Positions 13,101-25,792 of a stretch of 64,000 nt of DNA are shown here, one piece after another. The DNA comes from Centroscyllium fabricii (taxonomy: Eukaryota). Location of the stretch: NCBI GenBank assembly GCA_051313645.2, contig JBNRSN020000011.1:55118001-55182000 (forward strand), written 5' to 3'. The translations under genes and the position numbers were made by a program. Under the pieces are notes generated by a model. The model made no database searches, was not told where the DNA came from, and saw only the letters and a program-made list of their open reading frames with translations. The stretch's first letter is position 1. Every line of letters begins with the position of its first letter.

Positions 13101-14121
13101 AACTCCTTGTGTTTGTTAGAAAACATTCCTTGTTAGTAGCCCAAATATGTAAATCAGAAAAAGCTAGCTTCACTGACAGTATGAATTAAAGTCCTAACTC
13201 TTGGTCCTTTAAATTGAAATATTAAAGTGACATCAACTCTGTTGTTACTACCAATGACAGTTTGCATTGGGACCATCAGAATTATAAGTCCAAAACTGAT
13301 TTATTTTCAGTTTTACAAAAAGCAAATTCTTAATCTAGCCTGGTTGGGGGCAGGGATTCAGGAATATCCAAATCCCAACAATTTCCTTCAAGCATGCATC
13401 ATTCCAATCCCCCTCTCCCTTGTACGTTTTTGTACCTTGCTAGCAATTCAGAATGTTACCTGGAAGAATTTCTACAAACAAATCATTTGTTACCTAACTA
13501 TACAAAATAGATAGAGCATCAGAAACATTAAACAGAAAACTGATCATTTTAATCATGTGTGTCAATGGAAATTTCACGTCCTCTTCTGAAATAAAAAGGT
13601 TGCATCTTATAAGTCAAAACTAAAATTTGCATTAACTCTTAAGAACTGAAAAATTGGGCTTTCAAAATGCACTTTTCCGTCCTGGTTCAGCATGTTCTCT
13701 TAAATGATTATAAAGTAGTGAGAAGTATACAGTACAACTGAAACATCTTATTTTACATAATTCAGATTAAAATAAATCAAATGTTTTAGCATTTTAACAT
13801 CCTTCAGTGCTTGAAGGGTTAATAACAAATTGTTTTTAACTATTTTGTGCTATTGTAATTGTGGGTCTGTAAATATCTTGAGTTATGAAAGTGAATTGAT
13901 TGAAAACCTTTATGTACAATGTGATCAATTGACACCAAATGGCTACAGATTTTCAGTTCTGCAGAGTGCCAATTCTCGACATTTTTTTTGCAAATGTGTA
14001 TATTTTAGAATGTTGTTTCAACTTTGTACTTGATTTTAGAAATGAGATATATATATTACTTTTTAAATGTAGATATTTGGTGTTTAGACCAATTAATATG
14101 AATGTATATATTGTGGAGCAA

Positions 14122-14127
14122 AATAAA
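14122..14127 (+). promoter_or_regulatory. Candidate distal poly(A) signal of the Crumbs locus
   Basis: AATAAA ends an AU/UGUA-rich stretch (about 13800-14120) typical of vertebrate 3'UTR ends, followed by a GT/T-rich tract. Confidence 0.4.
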
Positions 14128-14908
14128 CTGTTTCTCCAGTGAATGTTCTTGCATTGCTCATTGATTTATTTGCAAGTATCTTTCATGTTTATAATGAGTA
14201 ACTCCAAGAGGAAGTGTTTGAACTAACTGGCTCACACTTTAACAGCCTAATGCTATAAGTGGTTAAGTGCCTAAATCACAGCTTACTTTTCACAAAAAAT
14301 GTTAAATTGTACAACTATTTTATTCAGTGTCTATGACTGGTATTTTCATTATGCTAAGCATCATTTTTGGTAACAAACAGTATCTCTTAGCAATGGCTGT
14401 GTGTTATTTCTCCTTCATATGAAAGACTTGGGAGTTGAGACAAAGGAATTAAAGGATAACTACAGGTCCCTGTTTAAGCAAAAGCAAAATTCCAGTGGTA
14501 GCAAAATTCAATTAAATTCCATCGCTTATTGTGCACCATCTCATTAGTGTGGTTGTTTTTCGAGTTTGTTTTATTACATCTTTACTCAAAGCACTCCATG
14601 CTCACTTATTCAGAACATGCAGATCCAGAGCTGCTGGGTGAGGAAATGGCTTCCATTCGAACTTGTCCTGGATAAAATGGTTCAGGTAGTACATGGATGA
14701 GTTATCTTTTCCAATCCAAGATATGGAGCAGAGTCTCCAAACCCACTTTAGAATAAAGTAAACACTCAACAGGAAGCTATATAAGCATATGAGGACAAAG
14801 GGAATAGAAGATTATGCTGACAGAGTTAGATGAGGATGGGAGGAGGCTTAAGTGGAGCATAAACATCAACACAGACTGGTTGGGCCGAATGGCCTATCAC
14901 TTTAGGCA

Positions 14909-16795
14909 TGAGGAGCCTCAAATCAGAACCGACAGCTAGTTCTAACGAAAGACTTTTATTTACAAAGAACTGAACCTAGTCTGCGATGAGTCCGCCCGGA
15001 ATGAGTCAGGTGGGCGGAGCATTCTCCTTTATACTCATACCCAGAGGCGGGGTCAGCCGGTCCAGGTCCTTACAGAAAGGTACAGATTTATTAACACAAA
15101 CTATATACAATAATCCAGAAAGGTACAGATATATTAACACAAACTATATACAATAATAGCACAGTGTGAACCACACCAAATGGTTTATCACATTCACCCC
15201 TTCCTTAAAAAAAGTCCCGCGGGGCGAATATCAGCACTGTGTTATCAGTCTTTGAGGAGGTCGAACAGTCCGATTAGACCTGCGAGGCAGTGGCGGTTCT
15301 CGCGAATAGGCGATAGTCACAATCGGAAAAGGCGCTGACGGGGCTCCCGACGTGAACAGGGACTCCACCGGTGGAAGAGGTACCTCAGGCGCAGGAAGAT
15401 CTGGTGGAGGTGTAGCAGCCGCCGGAAGAGTAGGCTGAGCAACGTGATGAGCTCCGTCGTGCATTGTGGGTGATGAGGGCCCAGATGTAGTGTGCACAGG
15501 TGAATGAAAAGACGGCCCCTGTTGTGAAAATGTGACCTGGGAGGGCAAGGGCTCTGCCAACGACTCTAAGTGAACGTCTCCAGCGGGCGCAAGGTCTCTA
15601 ATCGAGACGGTATCCTCACGCCCGTCTGGGTACTCCACGTAAGCATACTGAGGGTTGGCATGCAGCAGGTGCACACGTTCAACAAGAGGGTCTGTCTTGT
15701 GTCCACGGACGTGCCTAAGCAGAACCGGCCCTGGGTTGGTAAGCCACGTCGGCAGAGACGTCCCCGAAGTCGATTTCCTGGGGAAAGAGAAAAGTTTCTC
15801 GTGAGGCTGTCCAGATGGCGCCGTGGCTGCCACGGTCGCCGTCGAGGGCGTCGAACGCGAGTCCCAAGGCCCAGGGGAAACCGTGTGGGAGCCGTGCCCA
15901 GTGTACGAATCCAGGCTTCGGAGGGCCCCATCCACCGCATTGGAAAGCTTCACCGCCTGATTCAGGGACAAATTATCCTGCTCGAGCAGGCGGGTGTGAG
16001 CTGGGGCCGATCTGATTCCTGCCACGTAGGCATCGCGGACGAGGAGGTCCATGTGCTCCTGGGCGTTAACAGGGGCACATCCGCAGCGCAGAGCGAGAGC
16101 TTGAAGAGCCTCCAGGTACTCCTCATTCGACTCACCATGCTGTTGCCTCCGCGTGGCGAGTAGATGGCGAGCGTAGACGGCGTTGACTGGTTGGAGGTAT
16201 CGAGCCCTCAGCAGCTCCAACGCTGCATCGTAGTCAGTGGCATTCTTAATGATAGAATATACCCTGCCACTCACGCAAGAGACCAGGACTCGTCTCCTGT
16301 GCGCATCGCTGACTCCGGTCACTACCAGGAACGATTCGAAACAGCTCAGCCAGTGCTCAAAATCGTTCGACGCGTTCGGTGCCTGGGGGTTGAGGTCGAG
16401 AATTTTTGGTTTAAGGATAGTTTTCCAGTTTTCTGATGCTGCTGGCTGGTGGCTCTGTTGTTGGTCATCATCCTGCAGGCTCATTGTAAAAATTATTTGT
16501 AAATAAAATTGAGGAGCCTCAAATCAGAACCGACAGCTAGTTCTAACGAAAGGCTTTTATTTACAAAGAACTGAACCAAGTCTGCGATGAGTCCGCCCGG
16601 AATGAGAGTCAGGTGGGCGGAGCATTCTCCTTTATACTCATACCCAGAGGTGGGGTCAGCCGGTCCAGGTCCTTACAGAAAGGTACAGATTTATTAACAC
16701 AAACTATATACAATAATCCAGAAAGGTACAGATATATTAATACAAACTATATACAATAATAGCACAGTGTGAACCACACCAAATGGTTCATCACA
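14909..16795 (-). mobile_element. Internally deleted (non-autonomous) Ty3/Gypsy LTR retrotransposon
   Basis: LTRs 14909-15192 and 16510-16795 (TG...CA; about 5 substitutions plus a 2-bp indel by eye). 5-bp TSD AGGCA at 14904-14908 and 16796-16800. PPT AAGGAAGGGGTGAA on the - strand at about 15193-15206. TATAAA and AATAAA in each LTR on the - strand. Confidence 0.93.
15231..16484 (-). CDS. 417-aa ORF: Gypsy Gag fused in frame to an integrase C-terminal tail
   Basis: N-terminal part is Gag-like (FEHWLSCFESF, YARHLLATRRQQHGESNEEYL, LVRDAYVAGI). C-terminal part resembles an integrase tail (WLTNPGPVLLR..HKTDPLVERVHLLHANPQYAYVEYPDGREDTVSIRDLAP ... PRRSNRTVRPPQRL). No protease, RT, RNase H or DDE core seen. 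Confidence 0.8.
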   Translation of the reverse strand: MSLQDDDQQQSHQPAASENWKTILKPKILDLNPQAPNASNDFEHWLSCFESFLVVTGVSDAHRRRVLVSCVSGRVYSIIKNATDYDAALELLRARYLQPVNAVYARHLLATRRQQHGESNEEYLEALQALALRCGCAPVNAQEHMDLLVRDAYVAGIRSAPAHTRLLEQDNLSLNQAVKLSNAVDGALRSLDSYTGHGSHTVSPGPWDSRSTPSTATVAATAPSGQPHEKLFSFPRKSTSGTSLPTWLTNPGPVLLRHVRGHKTDPLVERVHLLHANPQYAYVEYPDGREDTVSIRDLAPAGDVHLESLAEPLPSQVTFSQQGPSFHSPVHTTSGPSSPTMHDGAHHVAQPTLPAAATPPPDLPAPEVPLPPVESLFTSGAPSAPFPIVTIAYSREPPLPRRSNRTVRPPQRLITQC

Positions 16796-17761
16796 AGGCA
16801 AAACTACCAGCGGTTCCAAATTAAGGGTCAAACTCACCAATAGTCTGGGTGACAATTAAAACTGGAGATGAGCATTATGGTACTGCAAATTAGAAGAAAC
16901 CACACAAACTGCTGGGAGGGTTTGCAATGAAACGTGGCAATTTCTATTTCCTACTATCGTGACACATTCGATTGTTTTGGAAAACTCCCATATCAATCCA
17001 GGACACTTCAGTTAAACTGAGCACTAACTAACCTGATTTTCTAGCAGGACTCTGAAAAGCAAATAAAGCAGGGAGGCATAAATTTAAGGATGAATCCAAG
17101 ACGATGTTACGAGGAGAGATGCTCAGAGCTGAAGTAGTGCTGCAGAAAAAGAGCGGGAACACAATTGAAAGCTTAAACATAGGGACGGGGTAGGCCATTC
17201 AACCCCTTGAGCTTATCCTGCCATTCAATTAGATCATGGCTGATCTGTATAAATGATGATTAGCATAAAGTGCATATTTGTAAATAAGCATTTTGATTGG
17301 CAACATGAGCACACAAGTAGAATACATTGGCTCAATATTGAAAAGATCAAGATTTGAATTTTGTCCACATGGAACAGAAATGCAGCAAATATATTTGATG
17401 CTGTGTCAATTTACTCCATTAAAAGAAACTGGATAGATATTCACTCGGGAACAGGCATAAAGGTTACAAGAATAACCAGGGTGATTTGATCAAATATTCC
17501 ATAGGTCATCTACTATTAGTGCATATAAATTACACTTCAGCTGCCCAATGAGACTGAAAGCTGCCAAGCAGTACCCAGTTTACATGGTGAAATTTTAATT
17601 CTGCTGCATATAGATGTGCACAAATGTCCTCTTGTCGCAGGTCAATGTTTAATGTTCCGACAGTGTGGAATGTCAATGGGTAAGTCAGAGATTCCCCTAG
17701 CCTCAACATGCTCAGGAATCTTTCCTGGGTTAATTGATGCTTCAACAACCCCATTTGCGAA

Positions 17762-17975
17762 ATCATAGAAACTTTACAGTGCGGATAAAGGCCATTCGGC
17801 CATCCAGTCCGCACCGGCCCAGGAAACTCCTCACTATACTAACCCCATTTGCCCGCACCTGGCCCATAACCCTGTATGTTACGGTCCTTCATGTGCTGGT
17901 CCAAATATTTTTTAAATGTTGCGATGGTTTCTGCCTCCACCACCCTTACAGGCAGGGAGTTCCACACTTCCACCA
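17762..17975 (-). mobile_element. CR1 LINE 3' fragment
   Basis: ORF 17839-18063(-) has VWNSLPVRVVEAETIATFKKYLDQHM..GYGP, followed by a CR1-like tail. Confidence 0.7.
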
Positions 17976-20029
17976 CCAAAATGTTGAGAATCTTCACTAT
18001 TACTAATTGTTTGACTTTTTGGATTAAAAGAAAACCTTGCCGTTTTGTAGACCTTACATCCAAACTGAGGCCTGGCTAGTATCAGCACATTATGATGCTG
18101 TTCTAGTTGTGATCTTGAAAGAAATGACATTTTGGCCCCATTTCTCCAGTGCCCTTGACCCACTCTGTCATAGATTGGGCCAATTTCATTTAGTGCCAAT
18201 CTCTTTGGTACAAATGTCAGTTCTCAAGATATTCACTCAGGTTCAGTTGCACCAGTTACTTCCATAAGAGACCTAATTTCCTGTGATTTCAAGAGTACAT
18301 TTGCTACCCAATATCTAATTTAAAAAAGTGAGAGATCCAGGGCCAGAATACAAAGACTCCTCATTTGTGCACGGGATACTGTGATCGTACATCTGCCATC
18401 GTGTGCATTTCTTCCATCTTTTGGAAGGCAGACAAAAAAATCTGGTTTCATTAACGTGCAATATACAAATGAACTGAATAGTTTTCACAGCGACAATTTC
18501 CCATCAATCATATCATGCAAAATAATGCAATTTGCAAATTCTTATGGGCATAACTCAAGTCAGCAATCTTTCAAATGTCTGGTACTCACTGCAGTCGGCC
18601 TTTTCCCAGGGAGGAAGACAAAACCTTGATCTCTGACCTCCTTTAGCTCTTCACATCAAGGATTGGATCGGCAAACTGCCAATCAAAGTTACATCTTAAA
18701 TGAGAAACCACCCCTTGATGTGGAAGCCATGGCAACTAGATTGTCTGTTTAACAACGCGCCTTGCTGAGCACAATCAATGGAAACCATTCTTGCATTCAA
18801 GTGCAAATATGTTTGGAAAGTATTAGACAATCCACATTGTCTCAAATTGATATCGTATATGAGAATACACAATTTTGAAAAGGCTGGTATTCTAACTAAT
18901 TTGTCCTAAACAATATCCCAGATAGCTTGTCTCTCCTGGAGTTAACCCTTTATGAACTGAATCTAACTTCATACGAACTTCATTACATAACTTAAACCAA
19001 AATCCATTCTGGACCGATAGATAAAAGTCTCAAAACAGCAGTCAGAATTGCTTTCAGCTAGTGAGCACAGGAACAGAGACAGAAGTTTGATATCTTTAGT
19101 TCCCTGAAGTGTCGCGTGCAAAAAGAAAAAAATTGTAAAGCCAACACTTACTCTTCCCACTATCGTAAATATGTTTGCCGCACATCTTTGTTTGAATTTG
19201 TGTTTATTCTGATATATGGGGGAAAACAAGAACTACTTGGACAAATCATCAGAACTGCCGCTATGTACTAGTCTGCAGCCAATGGGAGAAAGAGGAAGAC
19301 AATGTATGTGGAGGTTACTATTCTTTGCATATATTGAAAAGAAACAGGTTAAACAAGACATCTCAGTGAAATACTGAAACTTTATTGTTTGGCAAAGGCA
19401 AAGCACAGCTCTGCAAAGTCTGAAGAATAACTTTATTCAGCCAATTTTGTACAATTTCCCATATTATACAGCAGCTTGGACAACCATCAAAAGAAGATTA
19501 AACAAAGACAGTGTTACCCGTACGTATCCGTTCTGGTTGAAACGGTCACTGGGTTTCATTTTAAATAAATATATTCTGAATTGGTGGAGTGCTCATACAA
19601 CTGTCCTAAAAAGTTTTATTAAAAATTTAATATACCCTGCAACAGCTTAATCTGGCAGTTGGTATATCAAAACTTGGCCGATTTGTATATGCACAGCTAC
19701 ACAGCTAAAAATCTAATTTTCTTGCAGTACATTTTTGAATCACAAAGGAAAGTTATTCCACTGATAGGATAGGATGCTGTGCGATGTCGCTTTTATTGTT
19801 TCAATCTGGATAAAAATTGATGACTTCTACAAATAAGCTTCCCTAAGGAATGGTGAAAATAAAATTGGCACAAACAGCAGTTCTACAGATGATTAGTTCG
19901 CAACAATGACTTGGTGCTTTAAAAGCCAAATTACTGGATTTTCCAGTTGACTCTTAAAGTATACAACTTGTTTGTTTTTTGTTTAAGAAAAAGCCAAACT
20001 CAGTTGGGATATACAGTTAAATGGCATTA

Positions 20030-20706
20030 CAGGTTGAGCACCGTTAATCTGGCACGGTCGGGACCAGACCTGTGCCGGAAAAGTGAAAATTCCGAACGAT
20101 TGAAGCTTCGGCGAGCACATGCGCAGACCATTCAAAATGGCCACCGCGCAAGGCCAGCGGCCATTTTGAGTGATATGCCCATGCGCTCGCCAAAGCATCA
20201 TTCGTTCGGGACCATTCAAAATGGCCGCCGCAATAGGTCGATGGCCATTTTGAATGGTCCGAGCATGCGCTCATCCTTCAGGAAGGCCTGGGATCGTTCG
20301 GGACCATTCAAAATGGCTGCCGCAAAAGGCCGGCAGCCATTTTGAATGGTCTGCGCATGCGCTCATCGTTCGGGAATGTTCTCGGCAAGGTTCTCTTCAC
20401 AGCCTGTGGAGGGAGCGGGGTAACTCGACCGCAAAAGTACTTGTAAGTATTTAATTGGTTCCCCTTCTGCACCTTGCTATTTATTACTTGCTAATTTTTG
20501 CACTGGAATTTATTTTATTGAAATTGCTGATAGGTAGCTTTCATTTCCACTTGATATGCATTGATTTTTACTTGTCATTATTTTATTCGGGCATGCGCAG
20601 CCAAGCACGGCGGCCATTTTGCACATGCGCCGACCACTTGGGAAATCTGTGCCGGATGTCTGAAGCTGCCGGTTTTTCGGGTACCAGATTAACGGTGCTC
20701 AACCTG
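20030..20706. mobile_element. Tc1/mariner-type MITE, CAGGTTGAGCACCG family
   Basis: TIRs CAGGTTGAGCACCGTTAATCTGG / CCAGATTAACGGTGCTCAACCTG with TA TSD. Internal repeats of CAAAATGGCC and GCATGCGC. Confidence 0.88.
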
Positions 20707-23619
20707 TACTATAGAACAGAACCTAAGCAATGAGCTGGTTGATATTTACAAAGATTGGACAGTTTAAGACAACTTAAAAGTATGAGTTAACAGTTGAACT
20801 GCTTGGTCTCTGGTGGTTCATGGACAATTGTGTTAACTAGATGCTTGAATGAACAATTAAATAAACATTTGCATAAATTAGACATGCAAGTAATTTACAG
20901 GATGAACTGCACATGTATATTTTTAAGCGTCAGACAATCATAGCAATGAGTAACATTTACTTTTTAAAATGAACATGTAAATGGAACAAATGCTTAAGAC
21001 ATAGGCTGTTCTATCAGTTTACCAACATATTGCATATAGAAAAAGTGGACTCTAAATTATGGAAGTGATACAAACTATGGAACTTTGTAAATCAGAGCGG
21101 TTGCAAGAATATGGTGGACTACCACTCAAATAAGACATTAAAGACTGAGATGGAAAAAGAAAAACAATGAGAAAATGAGAAAACTAATTCCACAGTGATC
21201 TTTATTTACAATGACCTCTTGAGCTAGTCACTTAACTTTGCAGTCGACATGGAGCAAGTTTTAATGGTTAACACAACTTATATGCACTTTAGGTGCTTCT
21301 CTGTACCCTAGATTAAAATTTATTAAAAAAAACTTGGTGCAACAATCTAACGTGAAAGCAACATCTGGAATACAAACAATTTGTAAATAGAATTCATATT
21401 GCACAGAATTATTCTAAAAAAGATAGCATGCCTTCTGGGCGCTGAAAGAGGCTGCATTTTAAATTATTTTCAATATACAAACCAAAGACAACAATAAGAG
21501 TAAGTTAATTTGACAAGAGAGCATTTAATACAAAAACTCAGATCAACTTGAGTTTTTGGGAAGTCTGAGGTATATCAAATAGGATTATCCTGCTGATTTT
21601 CTGTTTTGATATACAGCCTGTGTAATGTTACAGCAATATTGCACCTTGATACATCACTGCTCATGCCATCTTTTCATATACATTACACTTTTAGTTTCTG
21701 CTCAAGTTGTTCCAGTTCCCAAAATAAAATTCAGTACCATCATTTTCATTAAGGCACGTGTTCTAGCCTTTGCCGCAGCGATGTATTAGGTATTTTAAAT
21801 GTCTAAAAAAATTAGAAATATTTATAATATATGTATCTCTGATGAACTAACTAATGGAGTCCTTTAACAACATCCAGTTATGAGGGAAAAAAATAGGACA
21901 GAGGAACACGGGAGCAAAAGTATACCACATGTCCCCAGTAACAAAGAGTGCAAGACGGTGCCTTATTTAAAGTAATCATCAAGTAACCAAATGTTATCTA
22001 CAGATTTAAAAGTATTAAACATTAGTGTAGCACAAGTTACTGGAATCATCTGGTTTGTGTAGATGTCGTCATCTATCCTAGTATTCATTTACCCTGTTTG
22101 TACCCATTAAAGTACCATTAATGAAACAGGAGTACCAACAGAATGTGCTTCTTCCCCCTTATATCCCAGTGTTGGTTGCCATTTACACTACACCAGTCCT
22201 ATTACACAATCACATTCTAAAAACACAGCAATATTTCACGAAACATTTACAGCATTTGTGCAATACAAAAAAACACTTTACACCAAGAGCACATAGAAAA
22301 TTGATAACACTTATATCCATATCAAAACGTTAACAATTGTATTTTATCGTAGGCCAGAACTCCTGTGAGGTCTTAAGAAAGCCGATTTCATGTCTTGTAA
22401 AAACTGTTTCGTTCCTAAAAGATCACCGAGAGGTTCAAGTGAGCCATCATTAATGGTGTCGAGGGAAAACAAAAACAATTCAACTTATTTCGGGAAGACA
22501 TGGATTGAATACTCATTGGTACTAACAGATTGCTGATTAAATAAAATGCAGCATTATCTCCATAGGAGATTCTTTTTCTCCCTTTATTAACCACAGTTTG
22601 CATCGTCATTCCTGATAATTATTGCCTAATGAACTGATTTCAAGCATTTTCAGGTTTATACTATGTAAGCACTAAAGTATCTTACGCTGTGACACTTTTA
22701 AACAGTTGTATGAAGTGATTTAGTAAGATGCTACATGATGATTTCAGAGGACCACGATTTCCGTAATTTTTAAGGCAGTACCTTTGATCATTTGGCTTTA
22801 ATTTGCTGCATATTTCCTTTATAGACATGGGTAAAACATAGATAACAGGAAAACACAGATCATGTTAAAACACAGATGAAATGTAAATGGAGTGTTTAAA
22901 TAATTCAGAGTATCCAGCTTGTAGATTTATTATAATGGAACAGGAAGGGTTGAGGAGGGTTTGAAATGTAAGGAATTGCAGACAATAATGACCACTGTTC
23001 CCTCCTCAAGTGCTTGTAAACTCAGACGATCCCACCTGCTAATTCTCATCCACCCTTCATTGTACAAGGTTATATATATTTTATATATAGCATGCAACAA
23101 TTTTACTATCACAAAGCATTTGCCTCGTTAGTCTGATTTGGTTGGAACAATGCAGGGAAATCTCACTGACCTTGAAAGAAAGACTCAGCCTCCCATTGTG
23201 ATGTAGAAACATAAGTTTGTTCTTTGTCCCTCAGAGTTAAAATTTATCTTTTTCACCTGAATAGAACTTTAAATGAAATGGTTTCTGTTGTGTACATACA
23301 TACCCGATTGCTGAATTATCAATACACTACTTCCATTATAGGCAACAACTTGTGCTCAACTGTTTAGCCCAAGTGTATAAATCAGAAGTGATTTTAATTG
23401 TCTGTTTTAGCAGTGTGGGTGTTAAAAGTTTAAATTTGAAAGAAAATCTGTATTTGATTTTGCATAAATCAGTAAAGCAGTGCATTTTTACTTCTTCTGC
23501 ACTTAGAAATGTTCAAGAACTCCTCCCTTTCCTGCAGTCTAATACTCAATCTTTCAATTCTTAAATAATTCTCTGAATTTGCCCCAGCTTAAAACACTGC
23601 TACACTTTCACACTTTGTT

Positions 23620-24168
23620 CTAAGTGTTGGCAGTGGAAGCACCAACACTGGAAATAGTGTGACCGGTTTCAATTCTGGAGCATAAACAGTCGATCTCTTG
23701 GAGTAGGTCTATTTCACCTGTGGGTTCTATCAATTCAGCCTCAACAGCTTCTTTCTCCCAAGGGATTAAAACCGATGGGTATTTTGATGCATTTTGACAC
23801 TGCTCATCGTAGGTACCGTCTCCACTGGTTAGTGTTCGCGTTGGCTCCTTTAGTTTGGCTGAAATTGTTTTCTTCTGCTTCGATTCTTCACTGGAGGCAA
23901 GGGTTGCCACTGAAGCTTTAAAAGATGAGTCACTATTGAGTTTAGGAAAATTTGTCAACTCTTCAACAAACACACAGGAGTTTTCAGAAGATGACATTTC
24001 AAAGGTAACCGGACATTCAGAAAAATAATAAAATGATTTCCTTGGAGATGGGGGAAGGGGCTTTCTGTGGACAACAGTATCATCTTGTCCCAGGTGCCAA
24101 CTCAGATGATCACCATACCCTACACCGAGTTCAGCCAGGTTTCCCTCACTAGGAGTATTGGACTTGTT
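23620..24168 (-). CDS. DENND1B: DENND1B last coding exon
   Basis: Acceptor TTTTGTTAG|AAC. Encodes NKSNTPSEGNLAELGVGYGDHLSWHLGQDDTVVHRKPLPPSPRK...PSVLIPWEKE...EIDLLQEIDCLC...*, matching the remembered DENND1B C-terminus (NKSNAPSENNLA..WNLGQDD..LPPSPRK..FVPWEKE..IGLLHEVVSLC). Confidence 0.9.
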   Translation of the reverse strand, partial: NKSNTPSEGNLAELGVGYGDHLSWHLGQDDTVVHRKPLPPSPRKSFYYFSECPVTFEMSSSENSCVFVEELTNFPKLNSDSSFKASVATLASSEESKQKKTISAKLKEPTRTLTSGDGTYDEQCQNASKYPSVLIPWEKEAVEAELIEPTGEIDLLQEIDCLCSRIETGHTISSVGASTANT

Positions 24169-24295
24169 CTAACAAAATAAGAAGAAACACGTTAAGTATG
24201 AGATCTCCCAAAACTTTAATGGTAAAAAAAAAAGAGCAATTAATTGTCAAATATGAAAGGCAGTTAAACTCTACATTAAATCTCCTATACAAAAT

Positions 24296-25166
24296 GGGCC
24301 AGAAATTCCGATCGATCCCACGATTAGCACCCGCAGGAATGGAGCCTAATTCCCCGTGCTAGCTATCGCACGGGGAATGCGCACGAATCCGGGCTTTCCG
24401 ATGCTGAGGCAGAAGAGGCCTCAGCATGGAACGCACAAAAGAATTGCACCCAAAAATCCCGATGTTTTTGGGTGTGATTCTGTGCGTTCATCTGTGGGCA
24501 AATGGGCTTGGAGCTGCACGGGAAAAAAGCAGTCGTAAGCTGTGCGTTGGTGAGAGCAGTGCGTTCTTAAACAAGGTAAGTGACATTTTTACCTTTAATT
24601 TTAAGTTTTATCAATTTTTTAGAGTAATGTGGCCAGATCGCTATCATTTAATTTGGCTGTTAAAGTTTTTTTTTTTTTTAATTAAAAATCCGAATTTCAA
24701 TTGTTATACACACTGCTTTCTATTCCAAATCGCTTATTTTTAAATTTTAAGTTCTGAAATTTTAAACTATTTCCTTAATTTAAAAAACTAAGAAGAAATT
24801 GCTGAGACTTACCTCCGTTGAAAATCTGCCCTGGCCGCCGTTGCTCACTGCCGAGTCTGTGGGTGCAGCAGTGGGCGTGGTCCTAATCGAGGCCTCACGT
24901 CCCTGCTCCCTACGAAGTCCGACTGTGAAGCAGGGGGCGTTTTTTATTTAAATTAGGGATCTGTGGGCGGAGCATCACTCCAACGCACGCACGACGGCAG
25001 CGCATATATAGCGCTGCTAGCGTGGCTGGACTGCCACGCAGCCCAGGAACGGGGCGGAGCCAACAGGAAGTTTTGGCCGTTAGAGATCACAGATTATGGT
25101 GCGGTGCGATAGGTGTCCGCATGGTCCAAGCACCCGCACAAAACGGCAGACTGGAATTTCTGGGCC
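24296..25166. mobile_element. Harbinger-like MITE (GGGCCAGAAATT termini)
   Basis: Termini GGGCCAGAAATTCC / GGAATTTCTGGGCC, each flanked by AAT. GC-rich arms with an AT-rich centre. Confidence 0.8.
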
Positions 25167-25575
25167 AATAGCTATTTCTTTTATCATCTTCCGTTATTTA
25201 ACATTTTCAAAATCATCAAGATTTAATGAGGCAACAATTACTTCTGACTTTTCTGCACTTTTTCTTTCCAAATTAGCTCTCAACAGCATTGTATTGGGAC
25301 AGGATGAGAGCCACAACACAGATGCCTCCAGGGATTACATTAGTGGCATTCTTTGGTCAACCAACTAAGGTGTATGCATAAAAAGATTAAGAAACAACAT
25401 AGTTGATCCCACAAACAAACCGACTTAGACTAAGAAACTTCAGTGTCTAGGGAAAGCAGCCTCAATCGAGACGATTTTTTTGAATTCAAGTAGCTAGTGA
25501 ACTTGAGTCACAACAGCTTTGATGTTTTAACTCGTGCGCTATCATGATCCTAGAACTTTAATACCGAGTACTCAC

Positions 25576-25792
25576 CCCAGCTTTATAACTGATATCATCC
25601 ATTGATTTGAAGAAATCCAGGCTCTTTGCACCACACAGCTTTCCTTGCTCTGAACTATGTGTACTGAGGGTATCAAGGATCTCTCCCAACAAGTCCATTT
25701 GGCCTGGAGATTGTGACTCCAGTTCCATCTGTTCAGAATCATCACTGTCATCAATATAGGCACATACTTCTCCACTGTCGTCCGATGATACC
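25576..25792 (-). CDS. DENND1B: DENND1B penultimate coding exon
   Basis: AG acceptor and GTGAGT donor; 217 nt (phase 2 to 0). Encodes VSSDDSGEVCAYIDDSDDS...QMDLLGEILDTLSTHSSEQGKLCGAKSLDFFKSMDDISYKAG, including the clathrin-box-like DLL motif of DENND1B. Confidence 0.93.
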
